A stretch of DNA of 63,298 nt, from the NCBI RefSeq assembly GCF_004010195.1, contig NC_057720.1, positions 3,271,481-3,334,778 on the forward strand. The letters run 5' to 3'. Source of the stretch: Chiloscyllium plagiosum (taxonomy: Eukaryota). Below the pieces are notes generated by a model, which was given only the letters and a program-made list of their open reading frames with translations, did no database searches and was not told where the DNA came from. How positions within the stretch are numbered: the first letter of the stretch is position 1; every line of letters starts with the position of its first letter. Of the stretch, positions 37,001 through 49,739 are shown in pieces. A program made the position numbers and the translations under genes.

Positions 37001-38476
37001 GGGTGTGGGCGTGTGTGTGTTGGGGTGTGGGCGTGTGTGTGTTGGGGTGTGGGCGTGTGTGTGTTGGGGTGTGGGCGTGTGTGTGTTGGGGTGTGGGCGT
37101 GTGTGTGTTGGGGTGTGGGCGTGTGTGTGTTGGGGTGTGGGCGTGTGTGTGTTGGGGTGTGGGCGTGTGTGTGTTGGGGTGTGGGCGTGTGTGTGTTGGG
37201 GTGTGGGCGTGTGTGTGTTGGGGTGTGGGCGTGTGTGTGTTGGGGTGTGGGCGTGTGTGTGTTGGGGTGTGGGCGTGTGTGTGTTGGGGTGTGGGCGTGT
37301 GTGTGTTGGGGTGTGGGCGTGTGTGTGTTGGGGTGTGGGCGTGTGTGTGTTGGGGTGTGGGCGTGTGTGTGTTGGGGTGTGGGCGTGTGTGTGTTGGGGT
37401 GTGGGCGTGTGTGTGTTGGGGTGTGGGCGTGTGTGTGTTGGGGTGTGGGCGTGTGTGTGTTGGGGTGTGGGCGTGTGTGTGTTGGGGTGTGGGCGTGTGT
37501 GTGTTGGGGTGTGGGCGTGTGTGTGTTGGGGTGTGGGCGTGTGTGTGTTGGGGTGTGGGCGTGTGTGTGTTGGGGTGTGGGCGTGTGTGTGTTGGGGTGT
37601 GGGCGTGTGTGTGTTGGGGTGTGGGCGTGTGTGTGTTGGGGTGTGGGCGTGTGTGTGTTGGGGTGTGGGCGTGTGTGTGTTGGGGTGTGGGCGTGTGTGT
37701 GTTGGGGTGTGGGCGTGTGTGTGTTGGGGTGTGGGCGTGTGTGTGTTGGGGTGTGGGCGTGTGTGTGTTGGGGTGTGGGCGTGTGTGTGTTGGGGTGTGG
37801 GCGTGTGTGTGTTGGGGTGTGGGCGTGTGTGTGTTGGGGTGTGGGCGTGTGTGTGTTGGGGTGTGGGCGTGTGTGTGTTGGGGTGTGGGCGTGTGTGTGT
37901 TGGGGTGTGGGCGTGTGTGTGTTGGGGTGTGGGCGTGTGTGTGTTGGGGTGTGGGCGTGTGTGTGTTGGGGTGTGGGCGTGTGTGTGTTGGGGTGTGGGC
38001 GTGTGTGTGTTGGGGTGTGGGCGTGTGTGTGTTGGGGTGTGGGCGTGTGTGTGTTGGGGTGTGGGCGTGTGTGTGTTGGGGTGTGGGCGTGTGTGTGTTG
38101 GGGTGTGGGCGTGTGTGTGTTGGGGTGTGGGCGTGTGTGTGTTGGGGTGTGGGCGTGTGTGTGTTGGGGTGTGGGCGTGTGTGTGTTGGGGTGTGGGCGT
38201 GTGTGTGTTGGGGTGTGGGCGTGTGTGTGTTGGGGTGTGGGCGTGTGTGTGTTGGGGTGTGGGCGTGTGTGTGTTGGGGTGTGGGCGTGTGTGTGTTGGG
38301 GTGTGGGCGTGTGTGTGTTGGGGTGTGGGCGTGTGTGTGTTGGGGTGTGGGCGTGTGTGTGTTGGGGTGTGGGCGTGTGTGTGTTGGGGTGTGGGCGTGT
38401 GTGTGTTGGGGTGTGGGCGTGTGTGTGTTGGGGTGTGGGCGTGTGTGTGTTGGGGTGTGGGCGTGTGTGTGTTGGG
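34041..38476. repeat. Perfect 22-bp minisatellite (GTGTGTGTGTTGGGGTGTGGGC), about 201 copies
   Basis: Direct inspection; no variant units noticed. Confidence 0.98.
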
Positions 38477-38851
38477 GGGGGGGAGGCACTCATGGGGGGA
38501 GAGTGTTTGACCGGGGGTGCGGGAGGCTTGAGCAGTGCTGCAGGTCCCTTCCACAAATGTGTGTCTGCTCAGAAACAAACCCTGAGACAGAGAGAGGGAG
38601 CAAGGCAGGCAGAGCGAGGGAAAAGGAAACTTCAGAAAACACCGAGCCCCAGAGGAAAGGCATTGAATCAGTTATCCGAACAATCGATTATCCGAATGAA
38701 ATAGTGCCCACCCATCTCGTTCTGATAATCGAGGTACCTCTGTTATCGTCTTAAGTTTGTGTGTTCCATTTCCTATGAGCAAAGCCTTTGCTCTTCACAG
38801 TATGAAGCAGTTGTTCTCATACCAGTATAGCTGGTAATTTTACTGACCTGT

Positions 38852-38930
38852 CTGTGTGTGTGTCCCTATGGTGTGTGTGTCCCTATGGTGTGTGTGTCCC
38901 TATGGTGTGTGTGTCCCTGTGTGTGTGTCT
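38852..38930. repeat. Short GT-rich tandem repeat (TGTGTGTGTCCCTATGG, about 4 copies)
   Basis: Direct inspection. Confidence 0.85.
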
Positions 38931-40709
38931 GACTCTGCATGTGTCTGTGCATCTAATAATGTATGTATGCACATGCTGTCTGAGTGTCTGGTGTGTGTGA
39001 GTACGTTTAGACACTGATCTTCCACAAACTAGTAACCTAATAGTGGGGGAGAAGGTAACTTGTGTATTTTGTAACGAGAGGCAGTTTGGCATGCTGGAGT
39101 CTGTATTCCTGAATGGATCAGCATCGTGGCTGTTACCTGTCGCTGTAATCCCAGAGTCATGGGTGCAGCTGTGTTTCTGGCCCAGGACAGCGATGGAGGA
39201 GAACCTCATGTGGTCGCAGCAGATGATAAGATCAAGTGAGAGCACCGTGTGTGTCTTTGTGCTGCACCCAAACATATGTGTACCCTCCCTCCCCCCCTCC
39301 CGCAAACTGAGGCAATGGGGCTGGCTCTTCCACCAGGTGATCGGGGACCTATTTAGTTGAGGCCCATAAATGGCCAGACATTGTCCACATGAAGGTCTTC
39401 ATTGTCGGCACAACTAGGGAGTTTCCAATGGACGATAACTGCCCAGGTGACGGGAGGTTCTGTCCAGGGTCAACTTGCCCAATTACTTCCCCTTTGCATC
39501 ACCTCAGGAAGAGGAGATAATCTCTGCTTTTTGACTCTGTAATAACCTGTGCTCATATTGACACAATCAATTTAATCTTGTTCATGTGCATTTTTGTTGT
39601 TTTAAATCTGTATATAGGAAATTCAAACATAACTCTGGGATGTTCATTTTTTTGCTACTTAATCGTCATTATCATGGGGTCTGTTGGTGCTGGCTCTTTT
39701 GCAATAGAAACAGTAGATGTATTAACAAGTAGCAACCTAACCTGAGAAGGAATAATGTTCTCAAATCTTTATCCCACAAAATGACTGAGGGGATTAAGAA
39801 AGATGTGAGTGAGCTTCTATGTATCTTTTCATACAAATCTGTGTAAGATAGAGGGGTGGGGGTAATAAATGAGTATCATTTATTCAGTGCCTTATCCCAG
39901 CTTTCCAGATCTCTCCAAATAAACTTCATACTGAACAGAAATATCCTGAAAATAAGTTAATGGCTGTTATGTCATTAAACCTGGCAGCCGTTCAGTGTAT
40001 GGACAGACTTCAACCAACAGGGAGGTGAATAACTGCTCTTTGACCTTGGATGAGGTCCTATTCTTGCGGACCCCCAGCTGCTGTGTGAACAGTTTTAATG
40101 GATCCTCTGAAATGAGGAAGTGGAACATTGCAACTGACCAGGAACTGGGATCTCCTACACCAGATCATTTTCTCAGTATCAACATGTCGGAAACGTACAG
40201 CGCACATTTTGTGAAATTGGAGTTAGTAACATCTGCACTATTTTTAATGAAGACAATTTGTGTCCTTTTTGCTTCTGTTAATGCTTTACCTTATCTACGA
40301 ACTCATTGTTTCTCCTGTATTTGAATGTATCGCACTGTGACTGTGAGAATCGAACGATAATATGTGAAATTATTCCAGTACCTGTCAGTCAGTGTTTTTC
40401 CCCATTGGAAAGCTGTAGATAGTATTTTATGTAGACCTCTATATTTTAAATTCAAGTCCTTCCAATGACAAGACCAACTCAACACAAACTGAAAAGGGTC
40501 GAGAGCTTCACCTTCCCATCAGGTGATGGAGGGTACACAGCACAAAACAGGCCATTGGGCCCATCCATTTCTGGCCAGTGGTTAAGCTCCATTTGAAATC
40601 CTCTCAACTTTTCTCATCTAAATCAATTGTTGTAACCCTCTATTTTCTTCCCCTTGGTGGGTTTATTGAGTTTCCCTTAAATGTACTTATGCCGTACATT
40701 TCACCTGCT

Positions 40710-41770
40710 CCATAAGAAATAGGAACAGGAGTAGGCTGTTCCGGCCCTCCAGCCTGATGTGACATTCCCCACGTCCACTTTCCTGCCCTTTCCCTGGAAC
40801 TCTTGACTCCCCGACTGATCAAGAATCTCTCTCTCTCGGTCTTAAATGTACACAAGGTGTCTGCCCCCACAGCTCTCTGTGACAAGGAGTTCCAAAGACT
40901 CAACCCTCTGAGAGAAGAAGTTCCTCATCTCTTTCTTTGATTGGTGCCCCTTTATTCTGAGACTGTGCCCTCTGGTCCTAGACTCTCCCATGAAGGGATA
41001 CATCCTCTCAGCATTGACTCTGTCGGACTCCTTACAATTCTATATATTCAGAGATTCCCTCTCATTTAGACTGCACAGTGGCTCAGTGGTTAGCACTGCT
41101 GCCTCACAGCACCAGGTACCCAGGTTCGATACCAGCCTTGTGTGACTGTGCAAACTCCATAGACATTCTCCCCATGTCTGCATGAGCTCCCTCCGGGTGC
41201 TCCGGTTTCCTCCCACAGTCCAAAGATGTGCAGGTCAGGTGAATTGGTCATGCTAAATTGCCCGTTTAGTTGGGGGGAATGGGCCTGGGTTGTTTACTGT
41301 TCAGAGGGTCGGTGTGGACTAGTTGGGCCGAAGGGCCTGTTTCCACACTGTAGATTATCTATAAAAAAAAATTTTAGGACAGCATGGTGGCTCAGTGGTT
41401 AGCACTGCTGCCTCACAGCGGCAGGGACCCAGGTTCAATTCCGGCCTTGGGCAATTGTCTGTGTGGAGTTTGCACGTTCTCTCCATGTCTGCGTGGGTTT
41501 CCTCACACAGTCCAAAAATGTGTAGGTTAGGTGAATTGGCCATGCTAAATTGCCTATAGTGTTAGGTGGTTTGGTCAGGAGTAAATGTAGGGGAATGGGT
41601 CTGGGTGGGTTGCTCTTCAGAGGGTTGGTGTGGACTTGTTGGGCCGAAGGGCCTGTTTCCACACTGTAGGGAATGTAATCCAATCTTTTCTAAACTCCAG
41701 TGAGTCGTGTCCCAACCTGTTTAACCTTTGCTTGTAAAACAGCCCCTCCATATCATGGATCATTCCAGTT
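40710..41770. mobile_element. Old CR1 3' fragment (-) with two tandem HE1-type SINEs (+; about 41072-41358 and 41378-41680)
   Basis: SLWNSLSQRAV and RLNRLG motifs on the - strand; two SINEs with A/B boxes. Confidence 0.85.
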
Positions 41771-42946
41771 CCCTGTGACTTGATCTGATTTATTATTGTC
41801 ACATGTACTGGTATACAGTGAAAAGTACTGTTTTGATGCTACCCAGGTAAATCATACCTTACATACGTACATCAGGGTAATAGAGCAGAATGCAGAATAT
41901 AGTGTTACAGCTACAGAGAAGGTGCAGAGAAAGAACAACTATGATGTATGAGAGGTGCGTTCTTAAATCTGATAACAGCAGGGAAGAAGCTGTTCTTAAA
42001 TCTGTCAGTCCATGATTTCAAACGTTGGTTTGCACATTCTCACCAGGTGCAGAGGTTCCTTCTGAATTCCTGATTGGATTTCCTGGTGACTATCATATAC
42101 TGATGACTTCTGCTTATATGTTTTCTCACAAAGGGAAACATTCACTGTCTTAAAAACTCTTATCATGATAAACACTTAGCTGCCTTCTCTCCCTATTGGC
42201 TCATGTGGTGAGGGTAAAGTTTGTCAAAAATCTGTATGTGGGGACAGGGCCCCGGGATTCAATTCCCAGTCTCATGGAATCTCAGTCGGGAAGACCAGAG
42301 TTCAGGTCGGTGCAACAGTTCGACTGTGCTGGGTTCAGAACAGAATCGATGACTACATGCTATCCCAAATAGAGGGTGTGGCCATAGAACTGAACCCAAT
42401 GCTCACCCTGCTTTGTTCAGTTCCAAGAAAAATGTTTTTTGGACCATGTGATGTAGGACATAGGCTATTCAGCCCATCGAGTCCGCTACTCCACTTTCCT
42501 TTACCCCTTTTACATTATTTCTCTTACTAATTTTAAATTTGTCTCACTCTCAGCCTTAAACATACTGAATGACTCAGCTGTGACAGCTTTCTGTGGTAAA
42601 GAAGTTCCATAGGTTCACTTCCGTCTGAGAGAACAAATTCCTTCTCATTCCTGTCTTAAATGGGTGACCCCTTACTCTGAGATGATGCTCTCTAGTCCTA
42701 GACTCTCCCAGAAGGTAAAATGATCTTTCCACATTTCCCCTGTCAAGTCTTCAAACGCCAAGTATAGGCAGAATCCACACAGCGTCTCCTCATAGGACAC
42801 ACCCTCCATCCCCGGGATCAGCCGAGTGAACCTTCTACGCACTGCGTCCCATGCTAGTCTGCTTTTCTATAGGTAAGGGGCCCAAAACTCTTCACAGTAT
42901 TCCATCCATAGTCTAATTGTACAGTTTTAGCAAGACTTTCCTATTT

Positions 42947-43499
42947 CTGTTCGCCGAGCTGGAAGTTTTTGTTGCAAACGTTTCGTCCCCTGGCTAGGCG
43001 ATATCATCAGTGCTTGGGAGCCTCCTGCAAAGCGCTTCTTTGATGTTTCCTCCGGACAACCAAAAGGGCTAGCCACACTACCATACATCAGGAGCATCTC
43101 AGAACTGACAGCCAGACTACTGCGACCCCTAGGACTCATAACGGCACACAAACCAACAGCCACGCTCAGACAACAACTCACCAGAACGAAGGACCCGATA
43201 CCCAACATGAGCAAAACTAATGTAGTGTACAAAATACCATGCAAGGACTGCACAAAACACTATATAGGACAAACAGGAAGACAGCTAACAACCCGCATAC
43301 ATGAACATCAACTAGCCACAAAACGACACGACCAGCTATCCTTAGCCACACACGCAGACAACAAGCAACATGAATCCTAGAACATTAATCTGCCAGTCCT
43401 GCCCATCCCTGAGCCATGTTTCTGTAATTGCTATTCCAGCTCGGCGAACAGAACCACAGCAACGAGCACCCGAGCTACAAATCTTCGCACAAACCTTGA
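42947..43499 (+). mobile_element. Penelope-like element fragment (GIY-YIG endonuclease) with inverted termini, inserted in an old CR1
   Basis: Encodes VVYKIPCKDCTKHYIGQTGRQLTTRIHEH. Inverted TTCTGTTCGCCGAGCTGGAA / TTCCAGCTCGGCGAACAGAA; 12-bp TSD ACTTTCCTATTT. Confidence 0.9.
42974..43013 (-). ncRNA. Minimal hammerhead ribozyme motif, second Penelope family
   Basis: Reverse complement reads GCA-CTGATGA-TATCGCCT AGCC AGGGGAC-GAAA-CG-TT-TGC, with stem I GCA/TGC and an imperfect stem II. Confidence 0.55.
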
Positions 43500-44828
43500 A
43501 CTTTCCTATTTGTATGTCCTGTTCCCTTTGAAATAAAAACCAAAATTCCACCTGCCTTCCCTATTATTCACTAATCTTTAACACAAGCCTTTTGGGATTT
43601 ATGCACTTGGGCTCTCAAATCCTTCTGTTCCATAGCTTTCTGCAGTCTTTCCTAATTTAAATGATGTGTTCTGCTGGGTTATATCAAACAACATGTCTCT
43701 TTGGCTGTTCATAACAACCACAGTAGTAACCCTATACCCAATCAGGCCATATTGCAAAATCCAAGACTGTGTCCAATTTGAGATGTGATTCTGCAATTGG
43801 ACACCATTTGCTGGATAGTCCTGAGTGTGTGAAGAGTGACACTGATGACCAATTGCAGGTTTGTTGTGTGGGCTCAGTGTGGTGCACCTGTGTTTCCTGG
43901 CCATTGTCTGTGTTATTGTACATGCCTCTGGTCCTTGCAGACACACTGCCCCTGGTTCCAGTCAACAAAATAATTGGCAGATATTTGCTGGTTCATTTCT
44001 CAGCCCTAACCAATCACAGCCTGGTCGGATTTAACATTTATACAAAGCCTGACAGTTAACTGTCAATCAGCATTAATAGGTGCATTCTCCATGGTAGTGT
44101 CGTGAATAATCAGCATTTTTTTTCTCATACAGTATAAATGTTGGCTAGTCCATTGAATTGGTGCAACTAGCACTCATTAAGACAAAATGAAAACAAGATG
44201 TCTTCTTTCAACAATAACCACATAATTGTTACAGTCCAAAGGGAGGCCATTCAGTCCACTCTAACTGTGCTAGTTCTCCCAAGCTAGTGCCAATCTCCTG
44301 CCTCCTATCTCATAACCCTGCAAATTGTNNNNNNNNNNNNNNNNNNNNNNNNNNNNNNNNNNNNNNNNNNNNNNNNNNNNNNNNNNNNNNNNNNNNNNNN
44401 NNNNNNNNNNNNNNNNNNNNNNNNNNNNNNNNNNNNNNNNNNNNNNNNNNNNNNNNNNNNNNNNNNNNNNNNNNNNNNNNNNNNNNNNNNNNNNNNNNNN
44501 NNNNNNNNNNNNNNNNNNNNNNNNNNNNNNNNNNNNNNNNNNNNNNNNNNNNNNNNNNNNNNNNNNNNNNNNNNNNNNNNNNNNNNNNNNNNNNNNNNNN
44601 NNNNNNNNNNNNNNNNNNNNNNNNNNNNNNNNNNNNNNNNNNNNNNNNNNNNNNNNNNNNNNNNNNNNNNNNNNNNNNNNNNNNNNNNNNNNNNNNNNNN
44701 NNNNNNNNNNNNNNNNNNNNNNNNNNNNNNNNNNNNNNNNNNNNNNNNNNNNNNNNNNNNNNNNNNNNNNNNNNNNNNNNNNNNNNNNNNNNNNNNNNNN
44801 NNNNNNNNNNNNNNNNNNNNNNNNNNNN

Positions 44829-45642
44829 ATTGATGAGGGCAGAGCAGTAGATGTGATCTATATGGACTTCAGTAAGGCATTTGACAAGGTTGGATCTCAT
44901 GGAATATAGGGAGAACTAGCCATTTGGATACAGAACTGGCTCAAAGGTAGAAGACAGAGGGTGTTGGTGGAGGGTTGTTTTTCAGATTGGAGGCCTGTGA
45001 CCACAAGGATCAGTGCTGGGTCCACTACTTTCCATCATTTATATAAACGATTTGGATGTGAGCATAAGAGGTATAGTTAGTAAGTTTGCAGATGACCCCA
45101 AAATTGGAGGTGTAGTGGACAGCGAAGAGGGTTACCTCAGATTACAACAGGATCTTGATCAGATGGGCCAATGGGCTGAGGAGTGGCAGATGGAGTTTAA
45201 TTCATCTGTTGCCAGGGTTGGAGGATTTGAGCTATAGGGAGAGACTGAACAAGCTGGGGCTGTTATCCCTGGAGCATCGGAGGCTGAGGGGTGACCTTAT
45301 AGAGATTTATAAAATCATGAGGGGCATGGATAGGAGAAATAGACAAAGTCTTTTCCCTGGGGCCAGGGAATCCAGAACTAGAGGGCATAGGTTTAGGGTG
45401 AGAGGGGAAAGATTTAAAAAAGACCTAAGGAGCAACTTTTTCACACAGAGGGTGGTACGTGTATGGAATGAGTTGCCAGAGACTGGTACCATTGCAACAT
45501 TAAAGACGCATCTGGATGGGTATATGAATAGGAAGGGTTTGGAGGGATATGGGCCGGGTACTGGCAGGTGGGTTGGGATATCTGGTCAGCATGGACGGGT
45601 TGGACCGTTTCCATGCTGTATATCTCTATGACTCTATGACTC
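44829..45642 (+). mobile_element. CR1 ORF2 3' fragment after the N gap
   Basis: YMDFSKAFDKV, KFADD and RLRGDLIEIYKIMRG; (CTATGACT)n tail. Confidence 0.9.
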
Positions 45643-45919
45643 TACAACAACCACTTCAAAATGAGAAGGAGCAAGATTCTGGAAAGGACAGATTAAATGA
45701 TGAGGTTTCTCCTGATAGAAGATGGGTACAGGAATTTATTGGTGTTGACATCATGGACAGAAATCAGGAATTCTGTTGATAGACATGTGCATGGGTATTG
45801 GTACTTCTGACATCATTGCTGTACTCAGAAACACACTCACTGCTCCACTTGGTGCTCGGCTTGCTGGACTGCTCGGTACTTGGCTCGTTGGTCCTCTGTG
45901 GAAAGCAAACCTTTAAACA

Positions 45920-46182
45920 GGGTAAAAACAAGGACTGCAGATGCTGGAAACCAGAGTCTAGATTAGAGTGGTGCTGGAAAAGCACAGCAGGTCAGGCCCC
46001 ATTCACCTATTGTACTCTATGCTACTTTCTCCCCACCCCCACCATCCTCTCATTTATGTCTCCACTCTGCAGGCACTCTGCCTCTATTCCTGTTGAAGGG
46101 CTTTTGCCCGAAACGTCGATTTTCCTGCTCCTCAGATGCTGCCTGACCTGCTGTGCTTTTCCAGCACCACTCTAATCTAAAC
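45920..46182. mobile_element. Penelope-like terminal repeat fragments in inverted arrangement
   Basis: TTAGAGTGGTGCTGGAAAAGCACAGCAGGTCAGGC inverted against GCCTGACCTGCTGTGCTTTTCCAGCACCACTCTAA; the same terminus flanks the Penelope RT at 52440. Confidence 0.75.
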
Positions 46183-46194
46183 CTTTGAACAGCT

Positions 46195-46450
46195 TGGGGC
46201 AACACAGTGGCTCACTGGTTGGCACAACTGCCTCACAGCACCAGGAACCTGGGTTTGATTCCAGCCTCGAACGACTGTCTGTGAGGAGGTTGCACATTCT
46301 CCCCGTGTCTGCGTGGGTTTCCTCCGGGTGCTCCAGGTTCCTCTTTCAGTCTAAAGATGTGCAGGTCAGGGTGGATTGGCCCTGGGAAACACAGGGTTAC
46401 AAGGATAGGGTTACAGGGATAGGGTAGGGGGAGGGGGTTGGGTCCAGGTG
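46195..46450 (+). mobile_element. HE1-type SINE
   Basis: Degenerate A/B boxes and V-domain. Confidence 0.85.
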
Positions 46451-46451
46451 A

Positions 46452-48960
46452 ACATGAAACATTACAGCACTGTACAGGCCCTATGAAACCAATCTGAAGC
46501 CGACCTAACCTACACTATACACTATTCCATTATCATTCATATATTTATCCAATGACCAATTATATGTCCTTAACATTGGCGAGTCTTCTACTGTTGAAGG
46601 CAGGCCGTTCCATGCTCCTACTACTCTTTGAGGAAAGACACTAACCCTGATGTCTGTCCTATATCTATCACCCCTCAATTTAAAGCTATGTCCCCTCGTG
46701 CTCGCCATCACCATCTGAGGAAAAAGACCTTCCCTCCATACCAGGCAACAACCTGGTAAATCTCCTCTGCACCCTTTCCAAAGTTTCCACATCCTTCTTA
46801 TAATGCGGTGACCAGAACTGTACACAATACTCCAAGTGTGGCCACACCAGAGTTCTGTACAGCTGCAGCATGACCTCATGGCTCCGAAACTCAATCCCTC
46901 TACCAATAAAAGCTAACACACCATATGCCTTCTTAACAACCCTATCAACCTTGGTGTCAACTTTCAGGGATCTATGTACATGAACACTGAGATCTCTCTG
47001 CTCATCTACACTACCAAGAATCTTACCATTAGCCCAGTACTCTGCATTCCTGTTACTCCTTCCAAAGTAAATCATCTCACACTTTTTTGCATTAAATTCC
47101 ATTTGCCACCTTTCAGCCCAGCTCTGCAGCTTATATACGTGCCTCTGTATCCTAAAACACTCTTCAGCACTATCCACAACTCCACTGACCTTAGTGTCAT
47201 CCGCAAATTTACTAACCCATCTTTCCACACCCTCATACAGATAATTTATAAAAATGACAAAAAGCAGTGGCCCCAAAACAGATCCTTGTGGTACCCCAAT
47301 ACCAGGATGAACATATCCCATCAACTACCATCCTTCATCTTCTTTCAGCTAGCCAATTTCTGATCCAAACCACTAAATCATTCTCAATTCCTTGCATCCA
47401 TATTTTTCTACAATAGCCTACCTTAGGGAATCCTATCAAATACCTTACTGAAATCCATGTACACCACATCAACCGCTTTACCCTCATTCACCTGTTTTGT
47501 CACCTCCTCAAAGAAATCAGTAAGGTTGGTGAGGCATGACCTACCCTTCACAAAACTGTATTGACTATCCCTAATCAGCTTATTCCCTTCTAGATGATTA
47601 TAAATCCTTTCCAACACTTTACCCACAATCAAAGTAAGGCTCACTAGTCTATAATTATCAGGGTTGTCTCTACTCCCCTCCTTGAACAAGGGGACAACAT
47701 TTGCTATCCTCCAGTCTTCCGGCACTATTCCTGTAGACAATGACGACATAAAGATCAAAGCCAAAGGCTCAGCAATCTCCTCCCTGGCTTCCCAGAGAAT
47801 CCTAGGATAAATCCCATCCAGCCCACGGGACGTTTCTATTTTCACACTTTCCAGAATTGCTAATACCTCCTCCTTATGAACCTTAATCCCATCTAGTCTA
47901 TTACCCTCTATCTCAGTATTCTCCTCAACAACACTGTCATTTTTTCCTGTGTGAACACTGACGAAAGGTATTCAGTTAGCGCTTCTCCTATCTCCTCGGA
48001 CTGCATGAACAACCTCCCATGACTGTTCTTGATTGGCCCTAATCTTACTCTAGTCATTCTTTTATTCCTGATATAGCTATGGAAAGCTTTAGGGTTTTCT
48101 TTGATCCTACTGTCGTGGAGAAAATGTAGAGAATCACCAGGAGATGCAGAGAGTTTGTCAAGGAGAAGGTCTTTTATTGGCAAACAAAAAACCGTGACAC
48201 TCAGGAAGCAGATTCTTGAATGCCCCCAAACCTCAAGGTCCGTAGTTTTTCTGTTTGTCGAGGTCCCCCCTAACCCCAGAAAGAGCTCTAATTATCCAGG
48301 TATCCGAATCCCTCCCTCCTGCACCATCCCTGTAGCCATGTGTTCAACTTTCTCTCACCCTATTCCTCACCTCGCTAGCACGTGGCACGGGCAACAAACC
48401 AGAGATAACAACTCTGTTTGTTCTAACTCTAAGCTTCCACCCGAGCTCCCTAAATTTCTGCCTTACACCCTCATCCCTTTTCCTACCTATGTCGTTGGTG
48501 CCTATGTGACCACGACTTGGAGCTTCTCTCCCTCCCTCTTAAGTATCCTGAAACAATGATCTGAGACATCATGAGCCCTGGGAGGCAACACACCAACTGT
48601 GAGTCTTTCTCATTCCCACAAAACCTATCTGTCCCCCTAAATATGGAGTCCCCAATAATTGATGCTCTGCTACTCTTCCCCCCTTCCCTTCTGAGCAACA
48701 GGGACACACTCTGTGCCAGAGACCTGTGCCCTATGGCTTAGCCCTGGTAAGTCATCCCCCGTAAACAGTATCCAAAACAGTACACTTGTTATTGAGGGGA
48801 ACAGCCACAGGGATCCCTGCACTGACTGCCAGTTCCTTTTCCGTCCTCTGATGGTAACCCGTCTACCTTCTTCTTATACCTGAGGTGTGACTACCTCCCT
48901 GTAAGTCCTCTCAATTACCCCCTCTGTCTCCCGAATGATCCAAAGTTCATCCAGCTCCAG
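46452..48960 (-). mobile_element. CR1 LINE pseudogene: ORF1 esterase remnant and ORF2 RT
   Basis: IIGDSIFRGTDRFCG...VCCLPG (ORF1 SGNH-like); GVPQGSVLGPLLF, SKFADDTK and LEYCVQFWSPHYKKD. A non-CR1 insertion lies at about 48111-48265. Confidence 0.92.
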
Positions 48961-49496
48961 TTCAATGGGCCGAATGGCCTGCTTCCATACTGTGGGGATT
49001 CTATGGTAAGGTCACCTCCCGCACTCCAGTGAAAACACTCCCAGCCTCTCCTCATACCCCGATAACCTACACCCAATGGCGTACCAATAACTAAGTAATC
49101 TTTCCAAAACTGGGCTCCAGTAAATGACAGTAACTCTTGGTCATTTCTCTGGAGGGAATGGAAGGAGGTGGTCATAATGTGTAGAAACCCAATGAATGTT
49201 TTGGTTCATCAATCATTATGATTAAATCCACATCCTGGAACTCTACATCTTTAAATTATAATCGCCCTTATATTATTTTAAAAGAGAAAAAAATAATATG
49301 CTCCAAATGGTTGCCAAGAACATTAAAAACTTTCTCTGCACTTTCATCTTGATCTAGTATGTACTCCACTCCCTCTCATGAAATATGATTGTGGAATAAA
49401 TATCTTTCAATGTTCTGTATTCTGTGTATTGCTAAATCTGTGATTGTGGCCTTTATTTTTTAGTAACCCTGGAGGTTAGAGCGCGATTCCCCTGGG

Positions 49497-49737
49497 GACC
49501 TGCAGGGGGCGGTGAGTCTGGGAGGCCATTCTCCTAGTGACCTGCTGGGGGCGGTGTGTCTGGGAGGTCATTCCCCTAATGACCTGCTGGGGGCGGTGAG
49601 TCTGGGAGGTCACTCCCCTAATGACCTGCTGGGGGCGGTGTGTCTGGGAGGTCACTCCCCTAATGACCTGCTGGGGGCGGTGTGTCTGGGAGGTCACTCC
49701 CCTAATGACCTGCAGGGGGCAGTGAGTTTGGGAGGTA
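49497..49737. repeat. 42-bp tandem repeat, about 6 copies, upstream of C1orf52
   Basis: Unit GACCTGC(T/A)GGGGGCGGTG(T/A)GTCTGGGAGGTCACTCCCCTAAT, starting at 49497, 49539, 49581, 49623, 49665 and 49707. Confidence 0.95.
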
Positions 49738-49739
49738 AT

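Larger units (their letters stand above)
33528..38742. mobile_element. Non-autonomous DNA transposon (Tigger/pogo-like MITE) containing a minisatellite
   Basis: Imperfect TIRs: left CAGAGGAACCATGATTATCC and right reverse-complement CAGAGGTACCTCGATTATCA. Subterminal ATTATCC(G/A)AA repeats at both ends; no transposase. Confidence 0.7.

Noticed and set aside
33860..38754. Six ORFs of about 1500-1600 aa (HTPT- or VCVG-rich)
   Set aside because: The 22-bp repeat lacks stop codons in all frames on both strands; these are artefacts, not genes.
46452..48960. Potentially active CR1
   Set aside because: Multiple frameshifts and stops, a deleted endonuclease region and an internal insertion.
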